A stretch of 64,000 nucleotides of DNA from an uncultured delta proteobacterium (GTDB lineage Bacteria; Myxococcota_A; Polyangia; Polyangiales; Polyangiaceae). Shown piece after piece: positions 9,228-19,448 of the stretch (within the stretch, counting starts at the first letter, position 1; every line of letters begins with the position of its first letter). The stretch is taken from the NCBI GenBank assembly GCA_963850305.1, contig CAWKKR010000004.1:256001-320000 (forward strand), given 5' to 3'. The position numbers and the translations under genes were made by a program. The notes below the pieces were generated by a model. The model ran no database searches. It was given only the letters and a program-made list of their open reading frames with translations, and was not told where the DNA came from.

Positions 9228-11741
9228 TCACTTGGCGCGCAACATGCGACTCGCCGCCTTGAAGTCGTGCGGATCGATGTCGTAAGCCGTCTTCCACTCG
9301 ATCCGTGCCGCGTCCAGGTCGCCTGCCTTGTCCTCGACATCGCCGAGCAGTACGTGAAGCTCCGGGTCGTGCGGATCGAGCCGCACCGCACGCTTCGCCC
9401 AGTTCAATGCGGCTGGGATCTCTGCCTCGACGAGCAATACCCGGGCGAGTCCTGCGGCGGCCGTGGCGTTGACCGGGTCCAGCAATACGGCACGCCGATA
9501 GAGCCGATCCGCTTGCGCATAGTCGGCTCCCTTCACCGCACGCTCCGCTCCGTGAATGTACGTGTAACCCATCCCGCGCACCGAGGCGGCGTCGGAAGGG
9601 TCGATATGGGCTCCTTCGAGCCAGATCGTTCTGGCGCGATCGACGTCGCCGGCGCGCGCGAGAGCGTCCGCATAGAGGGACTGAATCTCCTGGCTCTCCG
9701 GATGTTGCTTGGCGGCGCGTTCCGCCCAGTCCCGCGCCTGATTCGCATCGCGCCGGAGGAGCAAGATCCTCACGAGTGCCTGGAACGCCTCGGGTCGAGT
9801 CGGATCGAGGACCGCGGCGCGGCAGAAGGAAAGCTGCGCGTCGTCGAGTTTGCCCAGCATCAGTGCCCGTCGCCCGAGTCCTACCTCCACGAGAGCTCGG
9901 CCCGGTTGATCGCTGCCAAGAAGCGACCAGCTCGGGCCCACCCGCTGCTCGCACGTGGGCGTCGAAACAATCCGCTCGCCAGTCGCGTCGGGGGACTCGG
10001 TCGCCGCAGCCGCGGCGCCCGTCGGCGGGGCCGCTCCGGACCCGGCGAGGGCGCGCGTCTGGTGGGCCCGCGAAGTCGGAGCGACGGGTGCAACCGGCAA
10101 GGCGTGGGGCGCCGCGACCGCGGCTGGAGGCTCAAGGGCGGGGGCCCGCGCTTTGCCGAACGAGACGACCCCCACGGCAATCGCGATACCGCAAATGATC
10201 GAACCTACACCGATCAACGACCAGATCGCGAGCGCGCGACGCGAGGAGCGTGCGTCCGGCGGTGCCGACGCGAACGCGTCTGGATGGATCGATTCGAGGA
10301 CGGGCATCGATGGCTGAATCGGCGCGGCTTCGCTGTCCGCCAGATCCAGCGCGACGTCGACGGGCGACATGATGTTCACCGCGTCCGGTTCGACGATGCG
10401 TTCGATATGGACGCGTCCCGAACCGAGCACGAGCAAGGCCGAGAGAGCCACGGCTCCGTCGAGCGCGGACGAATCCTCGGCAGTTGCTCGCGCGCCGGCA
10501 ATCAAGTGATCGCTCACCTCCAGGCGAATCTGGACGCGCGGATTGTGAACCGTCGCGCGCACCGGGTGCGATGAGGTGGCCAGCGCTCGAACGAGACGTG
10601 CGGGCCCCGTGATCTCGAGTCGCGTGTCGAAGGTCGCGCCCAGCTCCACGCGTTCGCGCAGCGCCCTCTCGGGTTCCGACAGCGCCGCGAGGGTCCCCAG
10701 GGTCCTGGACAGCCGAGCGGCACCCTCCGTATCCGACCAGATCTCGTCCCACCGCACGACCAGCAGCGAGGCCCATCTGAGCCGCGTATCCCGGCGCAAC
10801 CGGCGGACCAGCTGGTAACCGCGCCCGCGCAGCCCTTCCTCGTCGATCAAGAGAATCGTGGGGTCGAGCTGCCGAAGCCGCGCGAAACGTGGCTCGGGCG
10901 GCTCGAAATCCGTGACGACGACGGTCGCGCCGTGCGCGCGCAGCGCCTGCGCGATCGAATCGGAGCGGGCGGCGTCCTCATCCGCCAGGAGAATACGTAA
11001 TCCGGAAACGTCACCTGCACCGGCAAACTGGTCCAGCGCGTCCGTACCGAGAAGCTGGACCGTACCGCCAGCGCGCTCGTCGAACTCGTACTCGAGCGGC
11101 TCGGCGTGCACGACGTGCTTACGCAGCCTCGACACGAACTCGTCTATCGTCTGGGCGAGCGGGCGCCCGCCGCCGAGCACGACCCGGATCGCGTCGTGCT
11201 CGGCGCCACGGGAACTCTTCACGGACAGGATGCCGCTGCGGAGCTCCTTGGAGAACGCCTGGACGAGTTCGTCGAGCGTCGCTTCGCCAACGTAGCCCAT
11301 CGTCCCTCCTCCGCGGTCCGGAATTTCGCGCGCGAGCTTCCCGACCCGGTCCGCGATCGCATCGACGCTCGCGGACCGGGGAATTACCGCAGCCGCTCCG
11401 TGACGGAAAGCGCGTAACCGCTGGTCGAGCGCGACCTCGTCCGCAAGCAAAACGACCGGAACTACGGAGCTGTGCGGGGATGCGTTGAGCTGCGCGAGCG
11501 CACTCGACCCGCCGTCATTGGTGGCGTCTCCCACCAGCAACACCAAATCTGGCGCCGTCGCGATCACGCCGTCGACTACGCCGTTCGGCGAAGCCGTTTC
11601 CACGCGCACCCCGTGGTGCGCGAGCGCCGACGCGATCGCGCCGTGAAACGACGTATCGGCGCCGACCAAGAGGACGGTCGGCTCCAGCCCGGGCTCCCGG
11701 TCTGCGCGAGCGCCGGGCCCGACGTCGAAGGATCCGGGCAT
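9228..11741 (-). CDS. Multidomain receiver (REC) / DUF4388-like / TM / TPR signalling protein
   Basis: Two receiver-like folds (TVLLVGAD...PDLVLL; LRILLADED...PTILLID), TLDELVQAFSKELRSGILSV (DUF4388-like), TM at IWSLIGVGSIICGIAIAVGV, C-terminal TPRs (AVLLDP, AVRLDP). Confidence 0.75.
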   Translation of the reverse strand: MPGSFDVGPGARADREPGLEPTVLLVGADTSFHGAIASALAHHGVRVETASPNGVVDGVIATAPDLVLLVGDATNDGGSSALAQLNASPHSSVVPVVLLADEVALDQRLRAFRHGAAAVIPRSASVDAIADRVGKLAREIPDRGGGTMGYVGEATLDELVQAFSKELRSGILSVKSSRGAEHDAIRVVLGGGRPLAQTIDEFVSRLRKHVVHAEPLEYEFDERAGGTVQLLGTDALDQFAGAGDVSGLRILLADEDAARSDSIAQALRAHGATVVVTDFEPPEPRFARLRQLDPTILLIDEEGLRGRGYQLVRRLRRDTRLRWASLLVVRWDEIWSDTEGAARLSRTLGTLAALSEPERALRERVELGATFDTRLEITGPARLVRALATSSHPVRATVHNPRVQIRLEVSDHLIAGARATAEDSSALDGAVALSALLVLGSGRVHIERIVEPDAVNIMSPVDVALDLADSEAAPIQPSMPVLESIHPDAFASAPPDARSSRRALAIWSLIGVGSIICGIAIAVGVVSFGKARAPALEPPAAVAAPHALPVAPVAPTSRAHQTRALAGSGAAPPTGAAAAATESPDATGERIVSTPTCEQRVGPSWSLLGSDQPGRALVEVGLGRRALMLGKLDDAQLSFCRAAVLDPTRPEAFQALVRILLLRRDANQARDWAERAAKQHPESQEIQSLYADALARAGDVDRARTIWLEGAHIDPSDAASVRGMGYTYIHGAERAVKGADYAQADRLYRRAVLLDPVNATAAAGLARVLLVEAEIPAALNWAKRAVRLDPHDPELHVLLGDVEDKAGDLDAARIEWKTAYDIDPHDFKAASRMLRAK

Positions 11742-11859
11742 GATTGCCCATCATCGCCCACGCGAGCCCCATTTGACCAGGCCATCGGCTCACAACCCGC
11801 GCTTCGACGTCGCGCCGCCGTCCGAGCCTGTTATGGAAGCCCTCTCGCACAACCACCGT

Positions 11860-12624
11860 TTACCTTGCCGGTGCTCGTGACGCTCGACTCGGGTCCGGTT
11901 GCAACGACAGATCGGCGACCAGCGGCAGATGATCGGAAGCCTGCCGCGTGAGCGGGGTGCTCTCGGGATGCGCCGCACGATACGTATGAAGGTCGCCTCG
12001 CACGAACAGCGCGTCCAGCGCTCGGATCGGCAATGCTGCGGGGAACGTGTACGCCGGTGGCCCGGCGCGGCGAAAGCCGCGCGGCACCAGGAACTCGGCT
12101 CCGAGATTTCCCCAAACGTCATTCAGATCGCCTCCGACAATGGCCGGGGTTCGCTCATGGAGACGTCCGAACGGCGCAGAGGCGAGAAACCGCCGGAGCT
12201 GCGCTTCCCGTTCGGCACCGACGAGGCCAAGATGCATGTTGTGGATGACTAGGGTTCGTGACGTTCGGTGCGTTCGCACCCGGGCGCGAGCCTGCAGGAC
12301 GCCGCGCTTCTTCCGTTTTCCGATCGTGAGATCGACGTGGTGCACTTCGGACAGCGGCCAGCGTGACAAGATCGCGTTGCCGTAGCCGCCCATGGAAAAC
12401 CGGTGCTCGGGATGAAAAGCCAGATGCGGCATGCAGAGGGTCTCAGCAAGCATCTCGGCCTGGTCGTGAAAAGAAGAACGCGGAAGATCGTCGGAGACCT
12501 CTTGCAGCAGCGCCAGATCGGGTTCCAGCGCCGCCAGCACACCGACGATCCTATCGAGACTGTACCTCCGATCGACGCCCCCGATCCCCTTGTGGATGTT
12601 CCAACTGACCACCCGGATTCGCAT
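11860..12624 (-). CDS. Endonuclease/exonuclease/phosphatase (EEP, YbhP-like) protein
   Basis: SWNIHKG, LQEV, GNAILSR, HLGL, GGDLN, ASDHLP motifs. Confidence 0.92.
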   Translation of the reverse strand: MRIRVVSWNIHKGIGGVDRRYSLDRIVGVLAALEPDLALLQEVSDDLPRSSFHDQAEMLAETLCMPHLAFHPEHRFSMGGYGNAILSRWPLSEVHHVDLTIGKRKKRGVLQARARVRTHRTSRTLVIHNMHLGLVGAEREAQLRRFLASAPFGRLHERTPAIVGGDLNDVWGNLGAEFLVPRGFRRAGPPAYTFPAALPIRALDALFVRGDLHTYRAAHPESTPLTRQASDHLPLVADLSLQPDPSRASRAPAR

Positions 12625-12701
12625 GGCGACGGTTTACCCCGGGGGAGAACGCGTAGCGACTTCTCGCAACGAATTCTCCCTCAGGGTGCCTCGTCATGCG
12701 G

Positions 12702-13031
12702 TCACGCGCCGCGCACCGGGATCTGGCGCGGCTGGTATGCTGCCCGCTTCGGCAGATGTACGGTGAGAACACCCGCCGTCATCGCCGCGGAGATCCGCTC
12801 CCCATCCACGCTCGTCGGGACGATGAACTCTCGCTCGTAGCTCTTCGTGGTCGCGGACGCTCGTAGGACCATGCGTTGTTCGTGGATCGTCACCTCCGCA
12901 CCGTCCTGGGCGACGCCTGGCAGATCCGCGACGAGCAAGAACTCCCCGTCGTTCTCGTAAACGTCGATGGGCGGACTCGATACGCGAGCTTCCTCGGTCC
13001 GCTCGTCCTTCTTCTTTCCAATGCCGATCAT
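12702..13031 (-). CDS. Hsp20/alpha-crystallin small heat-shock protein
   Basis: PPIDVYE...ADLPGV...ISAAMTAGVLTVHLPK; RBS GAAAGGA. Confidence 0.9.
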   Translation of the reverse strand: MIGIGKKKDERTEEARVSSPPIDVYENDGEFLLVADLPGVAQDGAEVTIHEQRMVLRASATTKSYEREFIVPTSVDGERISAAMTAGVLTVHLPKRAAYQPRQIPVRGA

Positions 13032-13045
13032 GACAATTCCTTTCT

Positions 13046-13492
13046 TCAGCTCGCCCTGACGGCGATGGTCTTCTTCTGGGCCGAGGCTGCCTTCGCGACT
13101 TCGACGGTCAGCACGCCGTCCTTCATTCGAGCCGTCGCCTTCTCGGGATCGACGTGGCTCCCGAGCACGAAGCTTCGTGAGAACCGGGTGCTGGCACGTT
13201 CGCGGCGGCGAGCCTCGTACCCTTCGGGGATGGCGACTGATCTCTCCGCGCTCACGGTGAGGACGCCACCGTTGAGGTCCACACGGACGTCCTTCTCGGT
13301 GAGTCCGGGGACCTCGAGCCGGAGAACAAACTGGCCGTCCTTCTCCGCGAACTCGGCGGGCGCGTAGCCGAAGCTGGTGAGCGGCGTCTCTCGGTCGAAC
13401 TCGCGGAAAAATTGGTCGAACCCTCGGAACAAATCACCGAGCCCGATCGGCTCACGGATCGGGCGATCCAGCAGGCCTGTGTATTCGAACAT
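13046..13492 (-). CDS. Hsp20/alpha-crystallin small heat-shock protein
   Basis: LEVPGL...RFSRSF...ARMKDGVLTVEVAK; AAGGAGG precedes ATG 13492. Confidence 0.92.
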   Translation of the reverse strand: MFEYTGLLDRPIREPIGLGDLFRGFDQFFREFDRETPLTSFGYAPAEFAEKDGQFVLRLEVPGLTEKDVRVDLNGGVLTVSAERSVAIPEGYEARRRERASTRFSRSFVLGSHVDPEKATARMKDGVLTVEVAKAASAQKKTIAVRAS

Positions 13493-13738
13493 GACAATCC
13501 TCCTTGATACGCTCGGACGAGCGCAAGAACGGGCGGGCGACACGCACGCCCCTTGGGCGGCCACGTCGTGGCGTGAGGGCTCACTCGGTGGCCAAAACAG
13601 CGGCTTCTCAGCCTCTGGCACGGCCAAACGTGCGCACCCAGACCGCTCTGTCAAGCGGCCCCGTTCGCCTCGCGAACGGGACTTTGCCGAAGCGCGCGGC
13701 TATTGCCGCGTGAACTCCGCTGAGGAAGGCTCGACCAA

Positions 13739-15697
13739 ATGCCGAACGGTCGCCACCGAAGCCCCAGCACCACGGTGGCGCTCCTGGGGCTCGCCGCTCT
13801 CGTCGGCTTCGTAGCGCTCCAGCTTCACGACGTCGAAAAGCGCCTCGTCGTGCAGAGCCAACAGTTGCGCGCGCTCGGGGACGAGACGGATCGGCTGCTG
13901 GCCCGTCCCATGACGGCGAGTCCACGCTCACCCGCGACGACCGCCGAGGAGCCCGGACACCCCCTGCACCCGGAGGTGCCCAATTTCCTGAAGCCAAGGG
14001 ACCAGCACTGGCCCCCTCCGGGCGCCTCGCTGGAGGGGATCCTGGCGCGCGGCTGGGCGTCGGGCGATCCCAAGGGATTCAACTCGCTCCTCGAGAACGG
14101 CGCCGAGATCGGCGAGCTCCTCGAGCAATATACGAACCTCCCGATCGCCGACCGGAATGACTGGACGAACCCGAACCAATGGCATGGGGAACTCGCGACG
14201 CGCGTCGAGATCACCAATGACTTCAAGGATTTCACGATCTATCTGAGGAGGGGCGTCAAATGGCACCCGGTGCCGAACGTGGACCTCGACGATCCCAGGC
14301 ACGCCTGGCTTCGCGGCGATCACGACTTCACCGCAAAGGACCTCGTGTTCACGTTGAACATGATCACGAACCCGCAGGTCGAAGATGGAGCGGCAAAGAA
14401 TTATTACAGCGAACTGTCCTCATGGACGGCGCTCGATGACTACACGCTCGTGGTCAAGTGGAAGAAGAAGCAATACACCAACGTTGCTTCGACACTGGGC
14501 ATCGTGCCGCTCCCGGAGTTCCTGTTCTCCCGGGAAGAGGACGGAACTCCGATCCCGCAGGAGACACTCGGCCTCAGGTTTAATCAACACTGGTACAACC
14601 ATAAGGGTTACGTCGGAACGGGGCCGTACCGAATGGTCTCCTACGAGCCAGGAACGCGCATCCGGCTCGTGCGGAACGAAGCATTCGTGGGCGAGCAGCC
14701 CGCGATCCGCGAGATCACGTATCCGATCTACACCGACCCCGAGAAGACACTCCTGAAGCTCAAGGCACACGAACTCGGCGTCGGAGTACTCACCCCCGGG
14801 CAGTATCGAGAAGAGATCCAGCGGTATGACCACGACGCCACCAAGCCCGCCGGAAGCCCCTTCTTCGACGGACGCCTGAAATGCCAGCAGGTCCCGAGCT
14901 TCTCCTATTCCTATATCGCGTGGAACGCCGATCGCCCGCTCTTCGCCGACAAGCGCGTGCGGCAAGCCATGACCTCCGCTCTCAACCGGAAGCAGATCAT
15001 CGAGAGCGTGTTCGTCGGGCTCGGGGAGCTCGCGACCGGCCCCTATCCGCCCGGTTCCCCGTATGACGACCCGAGCGTGCAGGCCATTCCGTTCGACCTC
15101 ACCGCAGCCAAGAGGTTGCTGGCGGACGCCGGCTGGGTCGACACGGATGGAGACGGGATTGTCGACAAGCAACTGCGGCCCGGCGACAAGAAGCGAACCC
15201 CGTTCGAATTCACGCTGCTCCTTTACTCCGGCAGCAAGGAATGGGGCGCGCTCGCGAACATCTTCAAGGAGGATCTCCTGAGGATTGGCGTGAAGATGGA
15301 CATCGACTCCGCCGAATGGAGCCTCATGCAGAAGCGCATGGACGAAAAGAGCTTCGACGCTTACGCGGCGGCGTGGACCACATCGTGGGACGTGGATCTT
15401 TACCAGGTCTGGCACTCGTCACAGGCCGATATCCCGAAGGGGTCCAACCGGATCGGGTTCCGGAACAAGGACGCCGACCGCATCATCGAGCAAGTGCGCG
15501 TCACGTTCGACGAAGACGAGCGCACCAAGCTATTTCGCGCCTTTCATCGAATCGTGCACGACGAGCAGCCCTACACCTTCGTGATGGATCGACGGGAGGT
15601 CGTGTGCGTTTGGAACGACGTCCAGAACGTGACTTTCGCGAAGGTACGACCCGTCATCAACACGTTGCCCTGGTCGGTCGCGGAAGGTGCGCTCTAG
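13739..15697 (+). CDS. Peptide/nickel ABC transporter substrate-binding protein (SBP family 5, AppA-like)
   Basis: LRRGVKWH, FTAKDLVFT, GTGPY, FADKRVRQAM, DTDGDGIVDK, NRIGFRN. Confidence 0.92.
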   Translation: MPNGRHRSPSTTVALLGLAALVGFVALQLHDVEKRLVVQSQQLRALGDETDRLLARPMTASPRSPATTAEEPGHPLHPEVPNFLKPRDQHWPPPGASLEGILARGWASGDPKGFNSLLENGAEIGELLEQYTNLPIADRNDWTNPNQWHGELATRVEITNDFKDFTIYLRRGVKWHPVPNVDLDDPRHAWLRGDHDFTAKDLVFTLNMITNPQVEDGAAKNYYSELSSWTALDDYTLVVKWKKKQYTNVASTLGIVPLPEFLFSREEDGTPIPQETLGLRFNQHWYNHKGYVGTGPYRMVSYEPGTRIRLVRNEAFVGEQPAIREITYPIYTDPEKTLLKLKAHELGVGVLTPGQYREEIQRYDHDATKPAGSPFFDGRLKCQQVPSFSYSYIAWNADRPLFADKRVRQAMTSALNRKQIIESVFVGLGELATGPYPPGSPYDDPSVQAIPFDLTAAKRLLADAGWVDTDGDGIVDKQLRPGDKKRTPFEFTLLLYSGSKEWGALANIFKEDLLRIGVKMDIDSAEWSLMQKRMDEKSFDAYAAAWTTSWDVDLYQVWHSSQADIPKGSNRIGFRNKDADRIIEQVRVTFDEDERTKLFRAFHRIVHDEQPYTFVMDRREVVCVWNDVQNVTFAKVRPVINTLPWSVAEGAL

Positions 15698-15721
15698 AGC
15701 GCCCCGGGGAGATTCGCCTCG

Positions 15722-17177
15722 ATGAACGCCTACGTCATCCGGCGACTCCTGCTCATGATCCCGACGTTCTTCGGGATCTCGCTGGTCATCTTCGGTGTCC
15801 TCAACCTTGCACCAGGGCGTCCTGGCGCGCAGCAGTCAACCGACCTCGCCAAGAGTGCGAAGAACGAACAGACAGAAGAGTCCTACCGGATCTTTCGCGA
15901 GCAGTTCAATCTCGACCGTCCCGTCTTCTTCAATACGCGCTTCGCGCTCGGCACGGAAGAGGTGCGCAAGAACGTCGAGATCACCGCCGGGGTTGGCAAG
16001 GCGGCAGCCGCCGAAAGGATCCACGCAGAAGAAGAGTTGGAAGACTGGGGCCAGTACGCCGTACCGCACCTGGTCGCCGTCATGAACGATGCGGACCGCA
16101 CACATGACACCAGGGTGCGAGACGCCGCCGTTTATTTCCTGAGACTCGCCTCGCTGCGACCTCTGGTCGAGCCGTTCGGTAGATCGCCGAGCCAGCAAGT
16201 GCGTTCGGAGAACCGTGAAATCGATGCCGAAAATGGCCGCCTCCGCCGACTTCGCTACGCCCTGGACGCACCCGAGTCCGAGAAGCAAGTCGTCGTTCGG
16301 GGCTTCCGTGGTTGGTACGCGGAGCACGCCTCCCGCTTTCGCTACTCGTTCGGAGACAAGGTCCGGATTCTGCTCGTCGATACGCGCTTTGCAAAGTACT
16401 GGCGGAACCTGGTCCACCTGGATTTCGGCGTGTCGCTCGTGACCCGCGAACCGGTCCTCGCAACGCTCATCTCCAAGCTCAAGTACTCGCTGACACTGTC
16501 CGTCGGGTCTCTCGTCCTCTCGTACGTCATCGCAATCCCACTCGGGATCTTCTCGGCGGTGAACAAGGACTCGAAGGCCGACCGAGCACTGACGCTCGTG
16601 CTCTTCATGCTCTATTCACTGCCGAGCTTCTTCGTCGCGACGCTCCTTCTGTACTTCCTGTCCGAGGGCTCCGATTTTGCCTGGTCTGCGGCTATTCCCG
16701 ACGGGGGGCTGGCAGAGTCCAACCCACGACGATCTCACCACGATCGGGGCGCTGCGCGACCTTGCGTGGCACCTCGTTCTCCCGATGTTCTGCCTCACCT
16801 ACGGATCGCTGGCGGCGCTGAGCCGGTACATGCGCACGGGACTCCTCGACGTCATTCGCGCCGATTACATTCGCACGGCGCGAGCGAAGGGGCTTCCCGA
16901 ACGCACGGTCATCGGCAAGCACGCGCTCCGGAACGGTCTCTTGCCGATCTTGACGTTGCTTGCGAGCCTCCTACCGGCGATCCTCGGAGGGTCGGTCATC
17001 ATCGAATACATATTCGGCATTCCCGGAATGGGGCTCTGGGTCGTCGACGCGATTTACCAGCGCGACTACAACGTCATCCTCGTCGTCGAGTTGTTCTCGA
17101 CGATCCTCGTGCTCGTGGGTATCCTGCTGACGGATCTCTCGTACGCTCTCGTCGACCCGAGGATTCGCTACGAATGA
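15722..17177 (+). CDS. Peptide ABC permease (DppB/OppB type) with large periplasmic insertion; +1 frameshift near 16685
   Basis: MNAYVIRRLLLMIPT...DFGVSL, then continues in another frame: LFPTGG...DYIRTARAKGL...HALRN...LVDPRIRYE. Confidence 0.88.
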
Positions 17178-18403
17178 CGGCAGGGCACGACGACGACGGA
17201 GCCGCGCGGCTCTCTTACTCCGCGCTCGTGTTCGCCGAACTCCGGAGGAACCGGGTGGCAATGGCGGGGCTCTGGTGCATCCTCGTATTGTTCGTGCTGG
17301 CCGTGTGCGCGCCGCTCGTATCGCTGAACCAGCCGCTGCTGTGGAACACCGGCGGCGTGTGGACCGCGCCGCTCCTGCCTGCCCTCTTCAATCGCCTGCT
17401 GTTCGAAAACTCCATCGATATCCTCTTCAATCTGCTGCTGGTGACCGCGCCGATTTACGTTTTGGTCTATGTCCTCCTCGCGAAGCGGACACCGACGAAG
17501 CGCGTTCGACTCCTGCTGTCGATTGCCGCGGTCCACACTCTCCTCTTTGCGTCCGTCGCGCCCGAGCGAATCGGTCCCTGGTCGAACCCGCTTCATCGCT
17601 CGACGTCGGTCGTGAACTACCGAGAGGAGTTCGAGCAACTGAAGGCCCAGGGGCGCTCCGTCACCGCGCTGTTCCCGCTGCACCGTTACGGATATCGCGA
17701 GACCAATCCGTTGGAGAGCGTCGAGCCGCCGAACCGCAGGCACTGGCTCGGAACCGACACCGAGGGCCGTGACGTCCTGGCGCGCATGATCTACGGCACC
17801 CGCATCTCGTTGACCATCGGCGTCGTGGCTGTCGCCATTTACGTCGTCATCGGCGTCGTACTCGGCGCGCTCGCGGGATATTTCGGCGGCTTCATCGACA
17901 GCCTCATCAGTCGGTTCATCGAGGTGATGATCTGCTTTCCGAGCTTCTTCTTGATCCTCACCCTGGCGGCGCTGATAGAAAAGCGAAGCATCTTCCACGT
18001 CATGATCATCATAGGCATGACGAGCTGGACCGGCGTTGCGCGCCTCATCCGTGCCGAGTTCCTGAAGCACCGGGGACTCGAGTATGCGCAGGCGGCACTT
18101 GCTCTCGGCATCCCCAAGCGGCGAATCATCTTCGGTCACATATTGCCCAACGCGATTGCTCCGGTTCTCGTCAGTGCGACGTTCGGGATCGCTTCGGCGA
18201 TCTTGGTCGAATCCAGTCTGGCGTTCCTCGGAATCGGCGACGTGACGGTTGCGAGCTGGGGAGAGACGCTGAACGCCGGGCGCCTCGAGGGAAAACTCTG
18301 GCTCATTCTCGCGCCGGGGTTCGCGATCTTCTTCGTCGTCACCGTATTCAACCTCGTCGGCGAGGGTCTCCGTGACGCGCTCGACCCGAAGCAGAGACGC
18401 TGA
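17174..18403 (+). CDS. Peptide ABC permease (DppC/OppC type)
   Basis: ATGA overlap with the upstream stop; HWLGTDTEGRDVLARMIYGTRISL, EYAQAALALG, HILPN, GEGLRDALDPK. Confidence 0.92.
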   Translation: MTAGHDDDGAARLSYSALVFAELRRNRVAMAGLWCILVLFVLAVCAPLVSLNQPLLWNTGGVWTAPLLPALFNRLLFENSIDILFNLLLVTAPIYVLVYVLLAKRTPTKRVRLLLSIAAVHTLLFASVAPERIGPWSNPLHRSTSVVNYREEFEQLKAQGRSVTALFPLHRYGYRETNPLESVEPPNRRHWLGTDTEGRDVLARMIYGTRISLTIGVVAVAIYVVIGVVLGALAGYFGGFIDSLISRFIEVMICFPSFFLILTLAALIEKRSIFHVMIIIGMTSWTGVARLIRAEFLKHRGLEYAQAALALGIPKRRIIFGHILPNAIAPVLVSATFGIASAILVESSLAFLGIGDVTVASWGETLNAGRLEGKLWLILAPGFAIFFVVTVFNLVGEGLRDALDPKQRR

Positions 18404-19448
18404 ATGTCGTCGGCCGACGTTCCCCTCCTCCGGATCGACGACCTCGCCGTCCATTTTCGAACGGACGCCGGTGAAGTGCACGCACTCGATGGCGTGTCGT
18501 ACGACATCCGTCGCGGCGAGACGCTCGCGGTCGTCGGAGAATCGGGGTGCGGCAAGTCCGTCACCGCACTCGCGATCCTCCGACTCATTCCGTCTCCGCC
18601 GGGACGCGTCGTGCGCGGCGTCATCGAATTCGAAGGCGAGCACCTGGAACGGGTCACCGAAGCGCGGTTGCGAGCAATCCGCGGCAATGAAATCGCAATG
18701 ATCTTCCAGGAGCCGATGACGAGCTTGAACCCCGTGTTCACCGTCGGCGACCAGATCGGCGAGGTGCTTGGTGATTCACGCGCGACTATCGCAGGAGGCG
18801 GCGCGCGCAGAATGCATCCGGCTGCTGCGCGTAGTCGGGATTTCGTCGCCCGAGCTACGCGTGGACGAATATCCGCATCAGCTGTCGGGCGGAATGCGGC
18901 AGCGCGTGATGATAGCCATGGCTCTCGCCTGCAGGCCGAAGCTCCTGATCGCGGACGAGCCCACGACGGCTCTGGACGTCACCGTGCAGGCCCAGATTCT
19001 CGATTTGCTGAGACGAATTCAAGGCGAGCTCGGGATGAGCCTCATGCTGATCACGCACGACCTCGGAGTCGTCGCGGAAACGGCGCATCGAGTCGTCGTG
19101 ATGTACGCCGGCCTCGTCGCGGAGCGTGCGACGGCGTCGGCATTGTTCACACGCCCCCGCCATCCGTACACGGCGGGGTTGTTTCGCTCGTTACCTCGTC
19201 TATCGGGTGGCGATGAAGAGCTGCGGCCCATCGACGGCGCGGTGCCGGATGCGCTTCATTTCCCCGACGGGTGTCGTTTCCATCCGCGCTGTCCGTATGT
19301 GATGAACGCATGTCGGAAGTGCACGCCGCCGCTCGTCAATCGAGCGGCGAGCGGCGAGGAAGAACACTGGTCCGCCTGCTTTTACGTCGACGAGCACCCG
19401 GAGGCTAACCTGCTCCGGTTCCGCGTTTCGGCCGAGGATGACCCGTGA
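18404..19448 (+). CDS. Peptide ABC ATP-binding protein (DppD/OppD type); frameshift near 18768
   Basis: [18 protein letters not shown]; second frame [33 protein letters not shown]. Confidence 0.9.

Noticed and set aside
13500..13740. CIRCE (HrcA) operator upstream of the Hsp20 genes
   Set aside because: No TTAGCACTC-N9-GAGTGCTAA-like dyad found on inspection
15722..18403. 893-aa fused DppB-DppC permease in the ORF track
   Set aside because: Produced by an extra base near 16685. The real DppB C-terminus is in another frame ending at 17177, and DppC starts at the ATGA overlap at 17174
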